Part shown: positions 41,460-51,226 of the stretch, piece after piece | How positions within the stretch are numbered: the first letter of the stretch is position 1 | How the letters are laid out: each line of letters opens with the position of its first letter | Source: an uncultured delta proteobacterium | GTDB lineage: Bacteria; Myxococcota_A; Polyangia; Polyangiales; Polyangiaceae | DNA length: 64,000 bases | Direction of reading: 5' to 3' | Assembly (NCBI GenBank): GCA_963716725.1 | Contig: CAVQUB010000015.1 | Span: 288,001 to 352,000 of the forward strand | Program-made: the position numbers and the translations under genes | The notes under the pieces: generated by a model | Databases searched by the model: none | Told to the model about the DNA's origin: nothing | What the model saw: only the letters and a program-made list of their open reading frames with translations

Positions 41460-42125
41460 ATGGACATCCTGCTGGTTCGCCACGGGGAGACCGATGCCAA
41501 CGCCCAGGGCCGTCTCCAGGGCTGGCTCGACACCTCGCTGTCCGAGCGAGGTCGCGCTCAGGCGCGCCAGCTCGCGCGTTGGCTCCGCGACGCGCAGGTC
41601 GGGTGGGACGTGGCCTACGTCTCACCGCTGGCGCGCGCGCGGGAGACCGCGGAGATCGTTTGCGCCGAGACCCCGGGACCGCCTGCGGTCGTCGATCCCG
41701 ATCTGACGGAGCTGAGCGCGGGTTCCCTCGAAGGGCTGACGCACGAGGAGATCGCAGCGAAGCATCCGGAGTGGATGACGCGCAAGGTGACCGAGCTCGG
41801 CGACTTCTCCGAGTTCGGTGGCGAGAGCTACGACGATCTGCAGCTGCGATCGTCGCGCTTGATCGAAGGCTGGACACGGAAGCACGGCCAGCAGTCCTCT
41901 CGCGTCTTGGTGGTGGCTCACGGCGGGATCAACTTCCAGCTGCTCAAGCGGCTGATCTGCCTGCCGGTGCCCCGCGTCTGCATCGTGCGCATGGGCAACT
42001 GCAGCGTGACCCGAGTGAAGCTCCGCGAGCGCCGCGGGACGCTGATGGGCGAGCTGGTGTTTCACCTGCCCATCGAGATGATGGGGCAAGTGACCTCTGC
42101 GGATACCGGCGTCCTGTTTCGCTGA
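41460..42125 (+). CDS. Histidine phosphatase (phosphoglycerate mutase family)
   Basis: LLVRHGET..N, SPL.RA.ETA, GGES and VVAHGG. Confidence 0.88.
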   Translation: MDILLVRHGETDANAQGRLQGWLDTSLSERGRAQARQLARWLRDAQVGWDVAYVSPLARARETAEIVCAETPGPPAVVDPDLTELSAGSLEGLTHEEIAAKHPEWMTRKVTELGDFSEFGGESYDDLQLRSSRLIEGWTRKHGQQSSRVLVVAHGGINFQLLKRLICLPVPRVCIVRMGNCSVTRVKLRERRGTLMGELVFHLPIEMMGQVTSADTGVLFR

Positions 42126-42167
42126 GCGGGTTGCCGATCACCCGGGCGCGCCCTAGGCTTCGAGCGG

Positions 42168-43115
42168 ATGCTGGGACGCGCTCTACTGTTGCTCGCACTG
42201 GTAGGGTCCGGCTGCGGCGGCGGCGAGGCCGACTCCAAGGCGGGCGGCACGGGCGGCGGCGGAGCCAGCGGGACCGGCGGCACCAGCGCGACCGGCGGGG
42301 GCGCCGGCAAGGGCGGCCCCTGCGCCGACGATCCTGGACCCGGTTCGGTGTGCGTGATGCACGTGTTGGGGCGGGTGGTGGACGGCGCGGGCCAGCCGCT
42401 GCCCCAGCTCTCGACCAGCGTCTGTGGCGAGGTGTGCTGGTTTGGCGAGTCCGACGCCAGCGGCGAGTTCAGCGTGGCCATCGGCGAGCGCATCCTCCCC
42501 GGCCTGTTCTCGGTCTTGCCGCACGGTCGCCCGAAGCACACGAGCTTCTACTTCCCACTGCCTGCGGCGCTCTCGGCGAGCATCGACGTCGGCGACCTCT
42601 CGTTGCTCGAGCTTCCTGCCAGCGGCCCTGCGCTCGTGGTGTGGTCCGACAAGCAGGGCGCGCCGGCCCAGACGGTCGACAGCGGCGGTCTGCGTCTGGA
42701 GGTGAGCGCGGGCACTCAGGTGAAGCTCGACGTCGAGGACGTCGCACAAGACGTGCTCGGCAGACAGTTCCGCGTGCTGCCGATCCCGGCGGCGCAGCGC
42801 GATCACTTCGCCGATGGGGCGCTGGGTCTCGCGGCGTTGTGGGCGCTGATGCCCTTCGAAGCCGCCATCGTGCAGGAGAGCGGCGGCGCGCCGGCGCTCG
42901 CGCGGATCAGCGCCGACAACAGCGCGGTTCTCCCGGCGGACACCGCGGTCGAGTGGTTGGCGCTGGGCAGCTATTTGTTCGCGGACTGGGTGGCCCCGGC
43001 CCAGTTCGAGGTCGTCGCCACCGGCAAGGTGAGCTCGGATGGCCTACGCATCGAAATGGACGCTGGGCAGGGGACCCCGTACCTCACGTGGATCGGAGTG
43101 CGAAAGAAGCCATGA
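42168..43115 (+). CDS. Lipoprotein with carboxypeptidase-regulatory-like beta-sandwich
   Basis: Lipobox GSGC, Gly linker and GRVVDGAGQPL...SDASGEF. ATGA overlap with the next gene. Confidence 0.65.
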   Translation: MLGRALLLLALVGSGCGGGEADSKAGGTGGGGASGTGGTSATGGGAGKGGPCADDPGPGSVCVMHVLGRVVDGAGQPLPQLSTSVCGEVCWFGESDASGEFSVAIGERILPGLFSVLPHGRPKHTSFYFPLPAALSASIDVGDLSLLELPASGPALVVWSDKQGAPAQTVDSGGLRLEVSAGTQVKLDVEDVAQDVLGRQFRVLPIPAAQRDHFADGALGLAALWALMPFEAAIVQESGGAPALARISADNSAVLPADTAVEWLALGSYLFADWVAPAQFEVVATGKVSSDGLRIEMDAGQGTPYLTWIGVRKKP

Positions 43116-43843
43116 CACCCAAGCACCTGCGGAGCATTTCGATCGGTCTCGTGCTCGCCCTCCAAGTGGGCTCGGGCGCGTGCGGTTCCGATGACGCGTC
43201 GGGTAACGGTGGCAGCGGCGGCCTCACGCAATCCGGTGGCAGTGGCGGTCTCACCGCGGGCGCGGGCGGGGTCGCCACCGGAGGCTCGGCCGGGGTGGGG
43301 CTCGATGCCAGCGCGGACGCTCCCATCGACTACGGACCGTACCCGGCCGGGCCCTACGGCAACGCGGTGGGCGACACCATCGCGAACCTCGCCTGGCAGG
43401 GCCACGTCAACCTCAGCGCGGCGGTTTCGTCCGACACGCTGCCCTCCAGCGACTATTCGACCGACGACATGCGCAAGAGCGGCAAGTCGTACGGGCTGAT
43501 ACACCTCTCCGCCTTCACCTGACCCGGCTGCAAGAAGGCCGCCCAGGTCTTGGGCGGGAGTCAGCAGAAAGGCAAGGCGGCCATCGAGGCGGGCGGTCTG
43601 GTGGTGGAGATCCTGCACTCCGGCGACGTGCTCGCGTGGATCAAGGCCGAAGACCTGCACGTGACGGTCGTCGAACCGAAGGACCCGCAGACCTTGGCGG
43701 CGCTCGTCTCCCGCGAGTGGACCTACGTGATCGATCTGAAGACCATGAAGATCGTCTGGAAGGGCTTCGGCAGTTACGATGGCAGCAAGGCCTCGAGCGT
43801 CGACGCGGGCCTGAGTGAGCTGATGACCCTGCTCGGCAAGTGA
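43112..43843 (+). CDS. Thioredoxin-fold (redoxin-like) lipoprotein with UPGC motif; probable selenoprotein, 243 aa with U137
   Basis: LIHLSAFT-TGA-PGC reads as UxxC at the canonical active-site position. The frame continues to TYVIDLKTMKI and a stop at 43843, with a SECIS-like hairpin after the TGA. Confidence 0.85.
43539..43557 (+). promoter_or_regulatory. Putative bacterial SECIS element
   Basis: CCGCCCA-GGTCT-TGGGCGG, a perfect 7-bp stem; the loop G is 24 nt after the UGA at 43520-43522. Confidence 0.75.
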
Positions 43844-43994
43844 ACGCCCGGGTCCACGCTCAGCCCGCCCCGACGCCGGACAAAAACGCGGCCAAGGCTG
43901 CTCGCTCTCCCGGGAGATCTTCGTGCGCGATCCGCTCGTGTCCCGAGATCGGCGTGGACGCCAGCGCGCTCTTCGGCGCTTACTGGGGCGGTTG

Positions 43995-45356
43995 ATGTTG
44001 AAGCTCGGCTTTGCCTTCGGCACCCTCGAACTCCGGGATCTGCCCGAGGGTCTCACGCTCCCACCGCCGGTGCGCTGGGATGCCCGGGCGCGCTGTCACC
44101 GCGCCCCGGCCCACGCCTACGCCGAACTCGTGCTCGGGCTCACCCGCGACCAGGTGCCCTTCGACGATCAGGCCCGCCGTTACGAGGAGCTGCGCGAGGG
44201 CCTGCGCGTCCGCCGCGAGCCTCGGCCCTTTCAGGAGCGGGCTCTAGAGGCCTGGCGCAAGGCGCAAGGCCGCGGCGTGGTGGTGCTCCCGACCGGGGCT
44301 GGCAAGAGCCACGTGGCGGTGCTCGCCATCGCGGACAAGAAGCGCAGCGCGCTGGTGGTCGCGCCCACCTTGGATCTCGTGCGTCAGTGGTACGACCTGC
44401 TGCGCACCAGCTTCGGCACGGAGGTCGGCATCGTGGGCGGTGGCGAGCACACGGTGCTGCCGCTCACGGTCACCACCTACGACAGCGCGCACCTGCACAT
44501 GGAACACTTCGGTGCTCGCTTCGGGCTCGTGGTCTTCGATGAGTGCCACCACCTGCCGGGGGCCACCTACCAGCTCGCCGCCGAACAGTGCCTCGCCCCC
44601 TACCGCCTCGGGCTCACGGCTACGCCCGAGCGGAGCGACGGCCGCGAGGCGACCCTCGACGATCTAATCGGACCGATCGTGTGCCGGGTCGAGATCGGGG
44701 AGATTTCTGGCAGCTTTTTGGCTGAATACGAGACAGTTCAGCTCAGCGTCGAACTCAGCCCGAGCGAACGCCAAGAGCACGACGAAGAGCGCGCTATCTA
44801 CCTGCAGTTCCTCCGATCCAACGGCATTCGCATGGGCACGCCCCGGGGCTGGGGCGAGTTCGTGATGCGCTCGGCGCAGCGCACCGACGGCCGGCGCGCG
44901 ATGCGAGCCTACCGCCGGCAGCGCGAGATCGCGTTTGCTTCGGCGGCGAAGCTAGACTTCGTCGAGAGCCTCTTGGAACAACATCGTAAGGATCGCGCGC
45001 TGGTCTTCACGCAAGACAACGCGACGGCCTACGCGGTGGCGCGCCGCTGTCTGGTGCCGGTGATCACCCACCAGACCAAGGTGAGGGAGCGCAGCGAAAT
45101 CCTGGAGCGCTTCGCGCGCGGCGACTACGGCGCGGTCTCCACCAGCAAGGTCTTGAACGAGGGCGTCGACGTGCCCGACGCCAACGTGGCCATCGTGATC
45201 AGCGGCTCGGGATCGGTGCGCGAGCACGTGCAGCGGCTGGGCCGCATCTTGCGCAAACGCGAGGGCAAACAGGCCATCTTGTACGAACTGGTCAGCGGCG
45301 GCACGGCAGAGACGGGCACCAGCGAGCGCCGCCGCGAGCACGAGGCCTACCGCTGA
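43995..45356 (+). CDS. XPB/Rad25-like SF2 helicase
   Basis: LPTGAGKS, DECHH, LGLTATPER, VLNEGVDVPDA and QRLGRILR. Confidence 0.88.
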   Translation: MLKLGFAFGTLELRDLPEGLTLPPPVRWDARARCHRAPAHAYAELVLGLTRDQVPFDDQARRYEELREGLRVRREPRPFQERALEAWRKAQGRGVVVLPTGAGKSHVAVLAIADKKRSALVVAPTLDLVRQWYDLLRTSFGTEVGIVGGGEHTVLPLTVTTYDSAHLHMEHFGARFGLVVFDECHHLPGATYQLAAEQCLAPYRLGLTATPERSDGREATLDDLIGPIVCRVEIGEISGSFLAEYETVQLSVELSPSERQEHDEERAIYLQFLRSNGIRMGTPRGWGEFVMRSAQRTDGRRAMRAYRRQREIAFASAAKLDFVESLLEQHRKDRALVFTQDNATAYAVARRCLVPVITHQTKVRERSEILERFARGDYGAVSTSKVLNEGVDVPDANVAIVISGSGSVREHVQRLGRILRKREGKQAILYELVSGGTAETGTSERRREHEAYR

Positions 45357-46588
45357 TGCTGGGCCCGGACCACGTGCGCGTGCGGCGCCAAGGCGATCTG
45401 CTGATCTTGCCGCCCTTCGACAAGAAACGCCGGGCGACGGCCCTGAGCTTGGCCACCGAGGTCATCGCCATCGCGGCGGAAAGCCAGGGACAGCGCCGGC
45501 GGGCGCTGGAAGAGGCCGTGGCCGCCATCGAGTGCCGGCCCAGCGAGCGTCGCATGGTCGAAGGGCTCGCCAAGCTCTTGCTCGATGCTTGCGACATCGA
45601 GTCGCCCAGCGTCGTGGACGTGCCGGCCTTGCGTCGCGCCATCTTCGAACGCGCCGCGGAAGAACGCCGCACGCTGGCGCCGGGCACGAACCTCGACCGC
45701 AGCGTGGTGCTGAAGGAAGTCGGCGCCAGCTTTGGACTGTCGCCGGAGGCTGCCGACGAGGCGCTGTTCTCGGATCTGCCGAGCGAGGCCCGGCTGACCC
45801 GGGTGCCGGCCTTGACGCCCGAGGTGCTCGCGGACGACTACGAGCGCTCGTCCCGGCAGGCCATCCTGCTCAAGGCCGTGAGCATCACCGCGGACGTGGT
45901 GTGTCGTTCACCGAGCGCGTACCGGGTGCTCTTCGGGAAGCTGAAGTTCCGACGGCTGCTGCATCGCATCGAGCGCACCGAGCGCGGCTATCGGATCGTG
46001 ATCGACGGTCCCCACAGCCTCTTCGACTCGGTCACCAAGTACGGCCTCAGCCTCGCGCTCATGTTGCCGGCGCTCGAGGCCGTGGACGAACTGCGCCTGT
46101 CGGCCGAACTCCGCTGGGGCCGCCGCCGCGAGCGCCTGACCTTCAGCTACGAGACCCAGGGGCCCGGGGGCGCGGGCGGAGACGCCGTCGAGAACGACGA
46201 CGTTCGAGCGCTGGCCGAGGCGATTTCGTCCCTCGACACGCCCTGGCGGGCGGCGCCCGCCGAGCGGCTCTTCGACGTGCCGGGCCTGGGTGTGTGTGTG
46301 CCCGATCTGACCTTCACCCACGCCAAAACCGGGCGGGCGGTGCACCTCGAGGTGCTCGGCTATTGGAGTCGCGACGCGGTGTTCCGCCGGGCGGAACTGG
46401 CCGAAGCGGGCCTGCCGGAGCCAGTGGTCTTCGCCGTCTCGAGCCGGCTTCGAGTCAGCGAAGAGGTCCTCGACGACCGGACCGCGAGCGCGCTGTACGT
46501 CTACAAAGGCGTGATGAACCCCCGGGCCGTCGCCCGGCGCCTCGACGAGGTCCACGCCCGGCTTTGCTCGGGGCAGGGCCTCGTGTAG
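45356..46588 (+). CDS. DUF790 / Bax1-like nuclease
   Basis: IDGPHSLF..TKYG..LA and a C-terminal VPDLTF...HLEVLGYW PD-(D/E)xK-like motif; translationally coupled to the helicase. Confidence 0.85.
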   Translation: MLGPDHVRVRRQGDLLILPPFDKKRRATALSLATEVIAIAAESQGQRRRALEEAVAAIECRPSERRMVEGLAKLLLDACDIESPSVVDVPALRRAIFERAAEERRTLAPGTNLDRSVVLKEVGASFGLSPEAADEALFSDLPSEARLTRVPALTPEVLADDYERSSRQAILLKAVSITADVVCRSPSAYRVLFGKLKFRRLLHRIERTERGYRIVIDGPHSLFDSVTKYGLSLALMLPALEAVDELRLSAELRWGRRRERLTFSYETQGPGGAGGDAVENDDVRALAEAISSLDTPWRAAPAERLFDVPGLGVCVPDLTFTHAKTGRAVHLEVLGYWSRDAVFRRAELAEAGLPEPVVFAVSSRLRVSEEVLDDRTASALYVYKGVMNPRAVARRLDEVHARLCSGQGLV

Positions 46589-46598
46589 AACTGCGAGC

Positions 46599-47012
46599 GT
46601 GGTCGGGACCCGCGCCAAGCACTTACTGGTCGAGTACGAAGGCTGCGACTGCGCCATCTTGGACGATCTCGAATGCGTCAGATCGTTGATGCGAGAGGCG
46701 GCCGTGGCCGCAGGTGCCACGGTGGTCGCCGAGGCCTTTCATCGCTACCGGCCCCAGGGGGTGACGGGCGTCCTGGTGATTGAAGAGTCGCACTTCTCCG
46801 TCCATACCTGGCCGGAACATGGTTACGCGGCCGTCGACTTCTACACCTGCGGCGAGTGCCGGCCAGAGCTCGCCGATCAGGTGCTCCGCCGGGGTTTCGG
46901 GGCAAAACATGCCGAGGTCGCCTTGGTCGAGCGCGGCCTGCGCCTCGCGTCTGGATCCATGCAACTGGTCGAACGGCGCAGCGAGCCGGTGGCATTTCAA
47001 GCGGAGACCTGA
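46599..47012 (+). CDS. speD: S-adenosylmethionine decarboxylase proenzyme
   Basis: QGVTGV..IEESH.SVHTWPE.GYAAVDFYTCG. Confidence 0.9.
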   Translation: MVGTRAKHLLVEYEGCDCAILDDLECVRSLMREAAVAAGATVVAEAFHRYRPQGVTGVLVIEESHFSVHTWPEHGYAAVDFYTCGECRPELADQVLRRGFGAKHAEVALVERGLRLASGSMQLVERRSEPVAFQAET

Positions 47013-47036
47013 GGGCGTCCGGGGGTTGGGGAGGCG

Positions 47037-48263
47037 GTGACACGACGGCGATTCGCGACGCTCACCGCATGCCTGGCGCTGCTGGCGCCGGCGGCGGCGG
47101 CCGAGACCCTCGGTGGCAAGGTCGACAACCACGTGGACAGCCACTTGCCCAGCGGAAGGGGCAAGAAGAAGCCGAAGGGCAAGAAGCAGAACAGGTCGCA
47201 CCAGCCGTCGTCGCGTCCCATTCACTCCGGTCCCGCGCCGGCGCCCGGGCCGCGACCCAAGGCCAAGCAGACGGATCTTCCGCACCGCGTCTTCGGCAAG
47301 TCGTTCCAGCTCGATCCGTCCACGGGGCTCGCGTATCGCGGTTGGCGCCCGCAGAACTATCAGGGCATGGACGTCTCGTCCGAGAACGCGCTGACGTGGC
47401 AAGTGGGCGCGCGGGCCAAGCTCTTCTTCATCGCGGTCAACCACGCGCACTACGAATCCAATGGCATTGGCTCGCCGCGCCGTGCCGGAGCGAGCGTCGC
47501 GACGCGGGCCGCGGCGGCGACCCCGGTTGCGGCGTGGTTCTTGGGCGCCATTGGTTTCCCCTTCAACTGGGTGCTCGAGCCGATCATCCGCTACGAAGCG
47601 CGGGCCTTCCAGAGCACGCTGAAGCCGGGCGCGCCGGTGCGCATCATCCCGCAGTCGGCCAGCAAGAACGACGACCTGTCCAGCTTTCCCGCGACCACCT
47701 CCGAGCTGCTCTTGACCAGCGCCTTCGAGACCTTCGTCGTGGGGCTGCGCTACCACCACGACAACGATCCCTCCGGCATCATCAGCAACGAGTCGGGCTC
47801 GTTCCCCAAGCTCTACTTCGGCGTCGGCCTCACCCAGTACAGCAAGCCCTATCAAGTGCGCGTCGGCGACGAGGTGCTCGCGGATCTCTTGTTCGACGCC
47901 CGCATGCGCGGCGCGGGCCTCGCCCTCGGCCTCGAGACGGGGCAGAAGCCCGAGAGCTTCTTCCTCGACGTCTCGAGCCAGGTGGGCATCGGCGAGGTGC
48001 GCCTGACCCACGACTTCACCGTCAACGAGACCCTGCCCAAGGGTTGGCTCATCGGCTACGCGCAGGGGGAGGTGACCGGGGGCTACCTGCACCCGATCCT
48101 GCGCACGCGTCCTACGCTGCTCGCCGGCCTCTCCGCATCGGTGGGCGGGGCGACCTTCTTCTACTTCAAGCCCTTCACGACCTCGGAGGAGGACCGCAGC
48201 ACACCCGCGCTCAACTGGGATCTGCTCTGGGGCCTCCGGGCGTTCGTGGTCCTTCCGCTCTAG
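47037..48263 (+). CDS. Exported hypothetical protein, possibly an outer-membrane beta-barrel
   Basis: Signal peptide, basic linker and amphipathic beta-strands. Confidence 0.55.
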   Translation: MTRRRFATLTACLALLAPAAAAETLGGKVDNHVDSHLPSGRGKKKPKGKKQNRSHQPSSRPIHSGPAPAPGPRPKAKQTDLPHRVFGKSFQLDPSTGLAYRGWRPQNYQGMDVSSENALTWQVGARAKLFFIAVNHAHYESNGIGSPRRAGASVATRAAAATPVAAWFLGAIGFPFNWVLEPIIRYEARAFQSTLKPGAPVRIIPQSASKNDDLSSFPATTSELLLTSAFETFVVGLRYHHDNDPSGIISNESGSFPKLYFGVGLTQYSKPYQVRVGDEVLADLLFDARMRGAGLALGLETGQKPESFFLDVSSQVGIGEVRLTHDFTVNETLPKGWLIGYAQGEVTGGYLHPILRTRPTLLAGLSASVGGATFFYFKPFTTSEEDRSTPALNWDLLWGLRAFVVLPL

Positions 48264-48294
48264 GCGGCGCTGGTCGGCTTGGGCGAGTCGCCGC

Positions 48295-49665
48295 TCAGCG
48301 AGTCGCCGTGAACACGTCGAAGTCGGTGGCAGTGTCGGCGTTGGTCGAGAAATAGAGCGAGCAGAAACCGGGGTTCAGCGACGGCGTGCGCAGCGCGAAG
48401 CTCGTCTTGCTGTAGGTCGCGGCCAGCGAGGCGCGCACGCTCTTGATTTCCTTGGCAACGCCGATCTGCTGCCCGGTCGCCGGGTCCATGTAAGTGTAGA
48501 AGAGCGCGCGGTTGCCGCCGTCGATGGCGTTGGCGCAGTTTGGCGTCTCGTGGCGCGGCGAGCTGAAGAAGAGCACCGTGCCGTCGGGCGTCACCCAGGG
48601 CTCGACGTCTTCGACCGTGACCGCGCAGCCGCTCTCGAGCGTCAGCGGCACGTTTGAAACTGGGCCCCCAGCCTTTATCGCTTGCGTGTAGAGGCCCGGC
48701 TTGCCGTTCCGATCGCTGCTCCAATACAGCTGGGCGGTCGCGCTCAGATAGGCGTAGGCCGGGTTGTAGTCGTGGGTGCCCGAGGTGCCTTGGTTGATCG
48801 GGGAGGCGAGCGGTGCGGGCGACAGCGTCGACTTGAACAGCGCGCTGGAGAAGATCTGGTGTTTGCCGCTGTCGCGCTTGCTGTCGAAGAGGATGAAGGG
48901 CTCGGTGGCGACCGAGCCGTTGGATGGATTGACGGCGCCGGTCGGGATGATGACCGGGCCCGAGTCCTCGGCGTTCGGGTAGTTGACCAAGTTGCCCAGG
49001 TTGTTGGTCAGCGTGGTCCAACCCGAGCCCTGAACGGTCGCCGTGTACAGGTCGAGTTCGCTCGAAGCGGTCTGACGGAGCACGACCCGGTCGATGCTCG
49101 AGAGCGTGGTGATGCGCGGGTAAAGCGCGTTGCTCCCGCCGCTCAGCCCAGCCACCTTGGTCACCGGATCGCCGAACGCGAGCCACGACAGATCGGTGCA
49201 CGGAGCGCAGAGCTGCAGGCAGGGATTGAAATATTGGCCGACCGCGCAGCCCGCGTCGGGGGCCGGACCGGCGTCTGCGGCCGGCACGCAGTTGCCGGCG
49301 TCCGGTCCGCTGTCGACCGGCGAATCGATCGCCACGTCGCTGGGCGAGTCGACGGAGGCATCTCCACCCACCCCCGCGGCTCCACCGCTGCCGCTGGCGC
49401 CCCCGGTTCCTCCGCTAGCGCCGCCGCCACCGCTGCCGCTGCTGCCGCCCGTGGCGCCGGTAGCGCCGCTGCCACCGCTGCCGCCACCGGTGGCGCCCGC
49501 GCCTCCGCCGCCGCCGCCGCCGAAGCCGCCGCCGGTGCCGCCCTGGCCCCCCGTGCCCCCGGTGTTCTTCGGCTTGTCGTCGGCGCTGTCGCCGTCCGCA
49601 CAACTGAAGACAGCACCTGCCACGAGCAGGCTCGAGAAAGCTCCGAAGACCACGCGGTTACGCAT
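48295..49665 (-). CDS. Lipoprotein with TolB/PD40-like beta-propeller
   Basis: Lipobox FSC, Gly/Asp linker, and LYWSSDR, EPWVTPDG.VLFFSS and LYFST repeats. Confidence 0.7.
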   Translation of the reverse strand: MRNRVVFGAFSSLLVAGAVFSCADGDSADDKPKNTGGTGGQGGTGGGFGGGGGGGAGATGGGSGGSGATGATGGSSGSGGGGASGGTGGASGSGGAAGVGGDASVDSPSDVAIDSPVDSGPDAGNCVPAADAGPAPDAGCAVGQYFNPCLQLCAPCTDLSWLAFGDPVTKVAGLSGGSNALYPRITTLSSIDRVVLRQTASSELDLYTATVQGSGWTTLTNNLGNLVNYPNAEDSGPVIIPTGAVNPSNGSVATEPFILFDSKRDSGKHQIFSSALFKSTLSPAPLASPINQGTSGTHDYNPAYAYLSATAQLYWSSDRNGKPGLYTQAIKAGGPVSNVPLTLESGCAVTVEDVEPWVTPDGTVLFFSSPRHETPNCANAIDGGNRALFYTYMDPATGQQIGVAKEIKSVRASLAATYSKTSFALRTPSLNPGFCSLYFSTNADTATDFDVFTATR

Positions 49666-49767
49666 GGGGCGAAGTCTCGCCCGAACCGGGTGCGATCCGC
49701 AATTGTCGCCTGCGCGGGAAGGGTGGCGACCTGCCTGCCGTACACGGGGACTCCGAGGAGGTAGTGG

Positions 49768-50718
49768 GTGAGGTCGTCATCGACTCGACTGGCGTTTGGC
49801 ACTGTGCTTCTGGCTTCCTTGTCCCTTGGGTCGGCGGCCAGCGCTGACGCTCCCAAGCCCATCGGCGCCACCCCGCGGACCACCGGCGCGTGGAGCGAGA
49901 TCCGCGCCGACGTCGGCGACGACGTTCGGGCCGGCAAGCCGCTCGTGATCGAGGTGTTCGTCCCGCTCTGCTCCGACGACAAGGGGGGCCCCTGCGGCAA
50001 ACACCCTGGCGCTGGCGATCCGAAGAACCTGGAAGACAACCTGTACTGGGGCGCGGTGTTCGGCGCACGCCGTTACCTCGCGCGCAGAGACACCGGCTGG
50101 AGTCGCGTCGAGTCCGGCTCCGCGGACGGCTTCGAGATCGAGCGCGCGACCTTCAAGCGCAGCGTCTCGGGGGCCCGCTGGGGCACCAGCGGCAGCGTCG
50201 ATGTGTTCGTGGTGATGCACGCCATCGACGGTGATTCCGGGCAAGATGCCCTCGAGCGATTCCTCCGGGTCGCGAGCGGCGGTGGCCGCGTGAAGTTCAG
50301 CGACGGTGGCGAGACGCGCGAGGAGCGCGTGCACGCCGTTGGGTTCATGGGGCGCAATCCGCTGCTGAAGAACGGGCGGGTTCCAGAGAAACTGGAGCTC
50401 CCAGCCACCGCTGCCGGCGCGGGCATCCCCGCCTTCACGACCATGGCGCACGCCCGCGAGACCATCGGGGGCTGGCTCCGCCGCGCTGGCGCGACCGAGA
50501 TCCTCTTGCCGCGCGGTCCGGTCGCTTCCGAGGGCTACGTGCTCGACGCGGTGCTGCAGGGCCTGGCTGGCAATGAAGCGCGCTGGAGCATTCGCAAACG
50601 GGTCGTGAAGTCCTACACGCGCTGGCACAAGGGAGTTCCGGCGTCGCTGGCGGCGATCTACTTCGAGCCTGTGCCGCCGAAGGCCTGGAAATTCGGCGCG
50701 AACAAGCCGACCGGCTGA
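49768..50718 (+). CDS. Exported hypothetical protein
   Basis: Signal peptide with ASA cleavage site, VFVPLC and NLYWGA.FG; GAGGAGG RBS. Confidence 0.7.
   Translation: MRSSSTRLAFGTVLLASLSLGSAASADAPKPIGATPRTTGAWSEIRADVGDDVRAGKPLVIEVFVPLCSDDKGGPCGKHPGAGDPKNLEDNLYWGAVFGARRYLARRDTGWSRVESGSADGFEIERATFKRSVSGARWGTSGSVDVFVVMHAIDGDSGQDALERFLRVASGGGRVKFSDGGETREERVHAVGFMGRNPLLKNGRVPEKLELPATAAGAGIPAFTTMAHARETIGGWLRRAGATEILLPRGPVASEGYVLDAVLQGLAGNEARWSIRKRVVKSYTRWHKGVPASLAAIYFEPVPPKAWKFGANKPTG
50660..50717 (+). repeat. Copy 1 of an imperfect 58-bp direct repeat (3' end of the 49768-50718 gene)
   Basis: 49/58 identical to 52129-52186, with a 17-bp perfect core CCTGGAAATTCGGCGCG. Confidence 0.8.
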
Positions 50719-51226
50719 GGTCGCCTCGGTCTTGCTCGGTAGTCGGGCCGGACGCGCGCAAGAAGCGACGCATCGACGATCGTCGCCGCAGCCCCGGACG
50801 CAGTCGTCGAGTACTCGCCCGGAGGCCGGTTCACGAAGCCGCCGATGCCGACGCGGCTCGCGGATCTTGCGGCACGCCGCGGGACAAGAGACGTCGGTCC
50901 GGTACATCTCCAGAGAGCTCGGGGGGTGCGTGCACGAGACGAGGGTGCGGGTCGCTGCTGACGTTACGTTCGGCGGCCTCTTCCGACCGACCGGGTGCGC
51001 CAGACCGAGAAATTGACCATTCTCGAACGCGGTCCGCCGTGGAATCCAACCAGCTGATGAAAGACCCGACGGAGGACGGGAGCTGATGCTCGTCGAGATC
51101 CCCGCAGTCGGACCGAGCTCGTCGCCCTCTGTTCCAACAGCGGGACCGTCGCCCCGCTCTGCCCCAGCCTTCCCCTCAGTCGCTGATCTCGAACCCGCTG
51201 TCCGAGGTCACGACGTTGATCGGTCG

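Noticed and set aside
40617..42125. Lipoprotein-histidine phosphatase fusion as a novel architecture
   Set aside because: Removing one G near 41430 ends the first gene at an existing TGA, the phosphatase has its own ATG at 41460, and the window is indel-prone.
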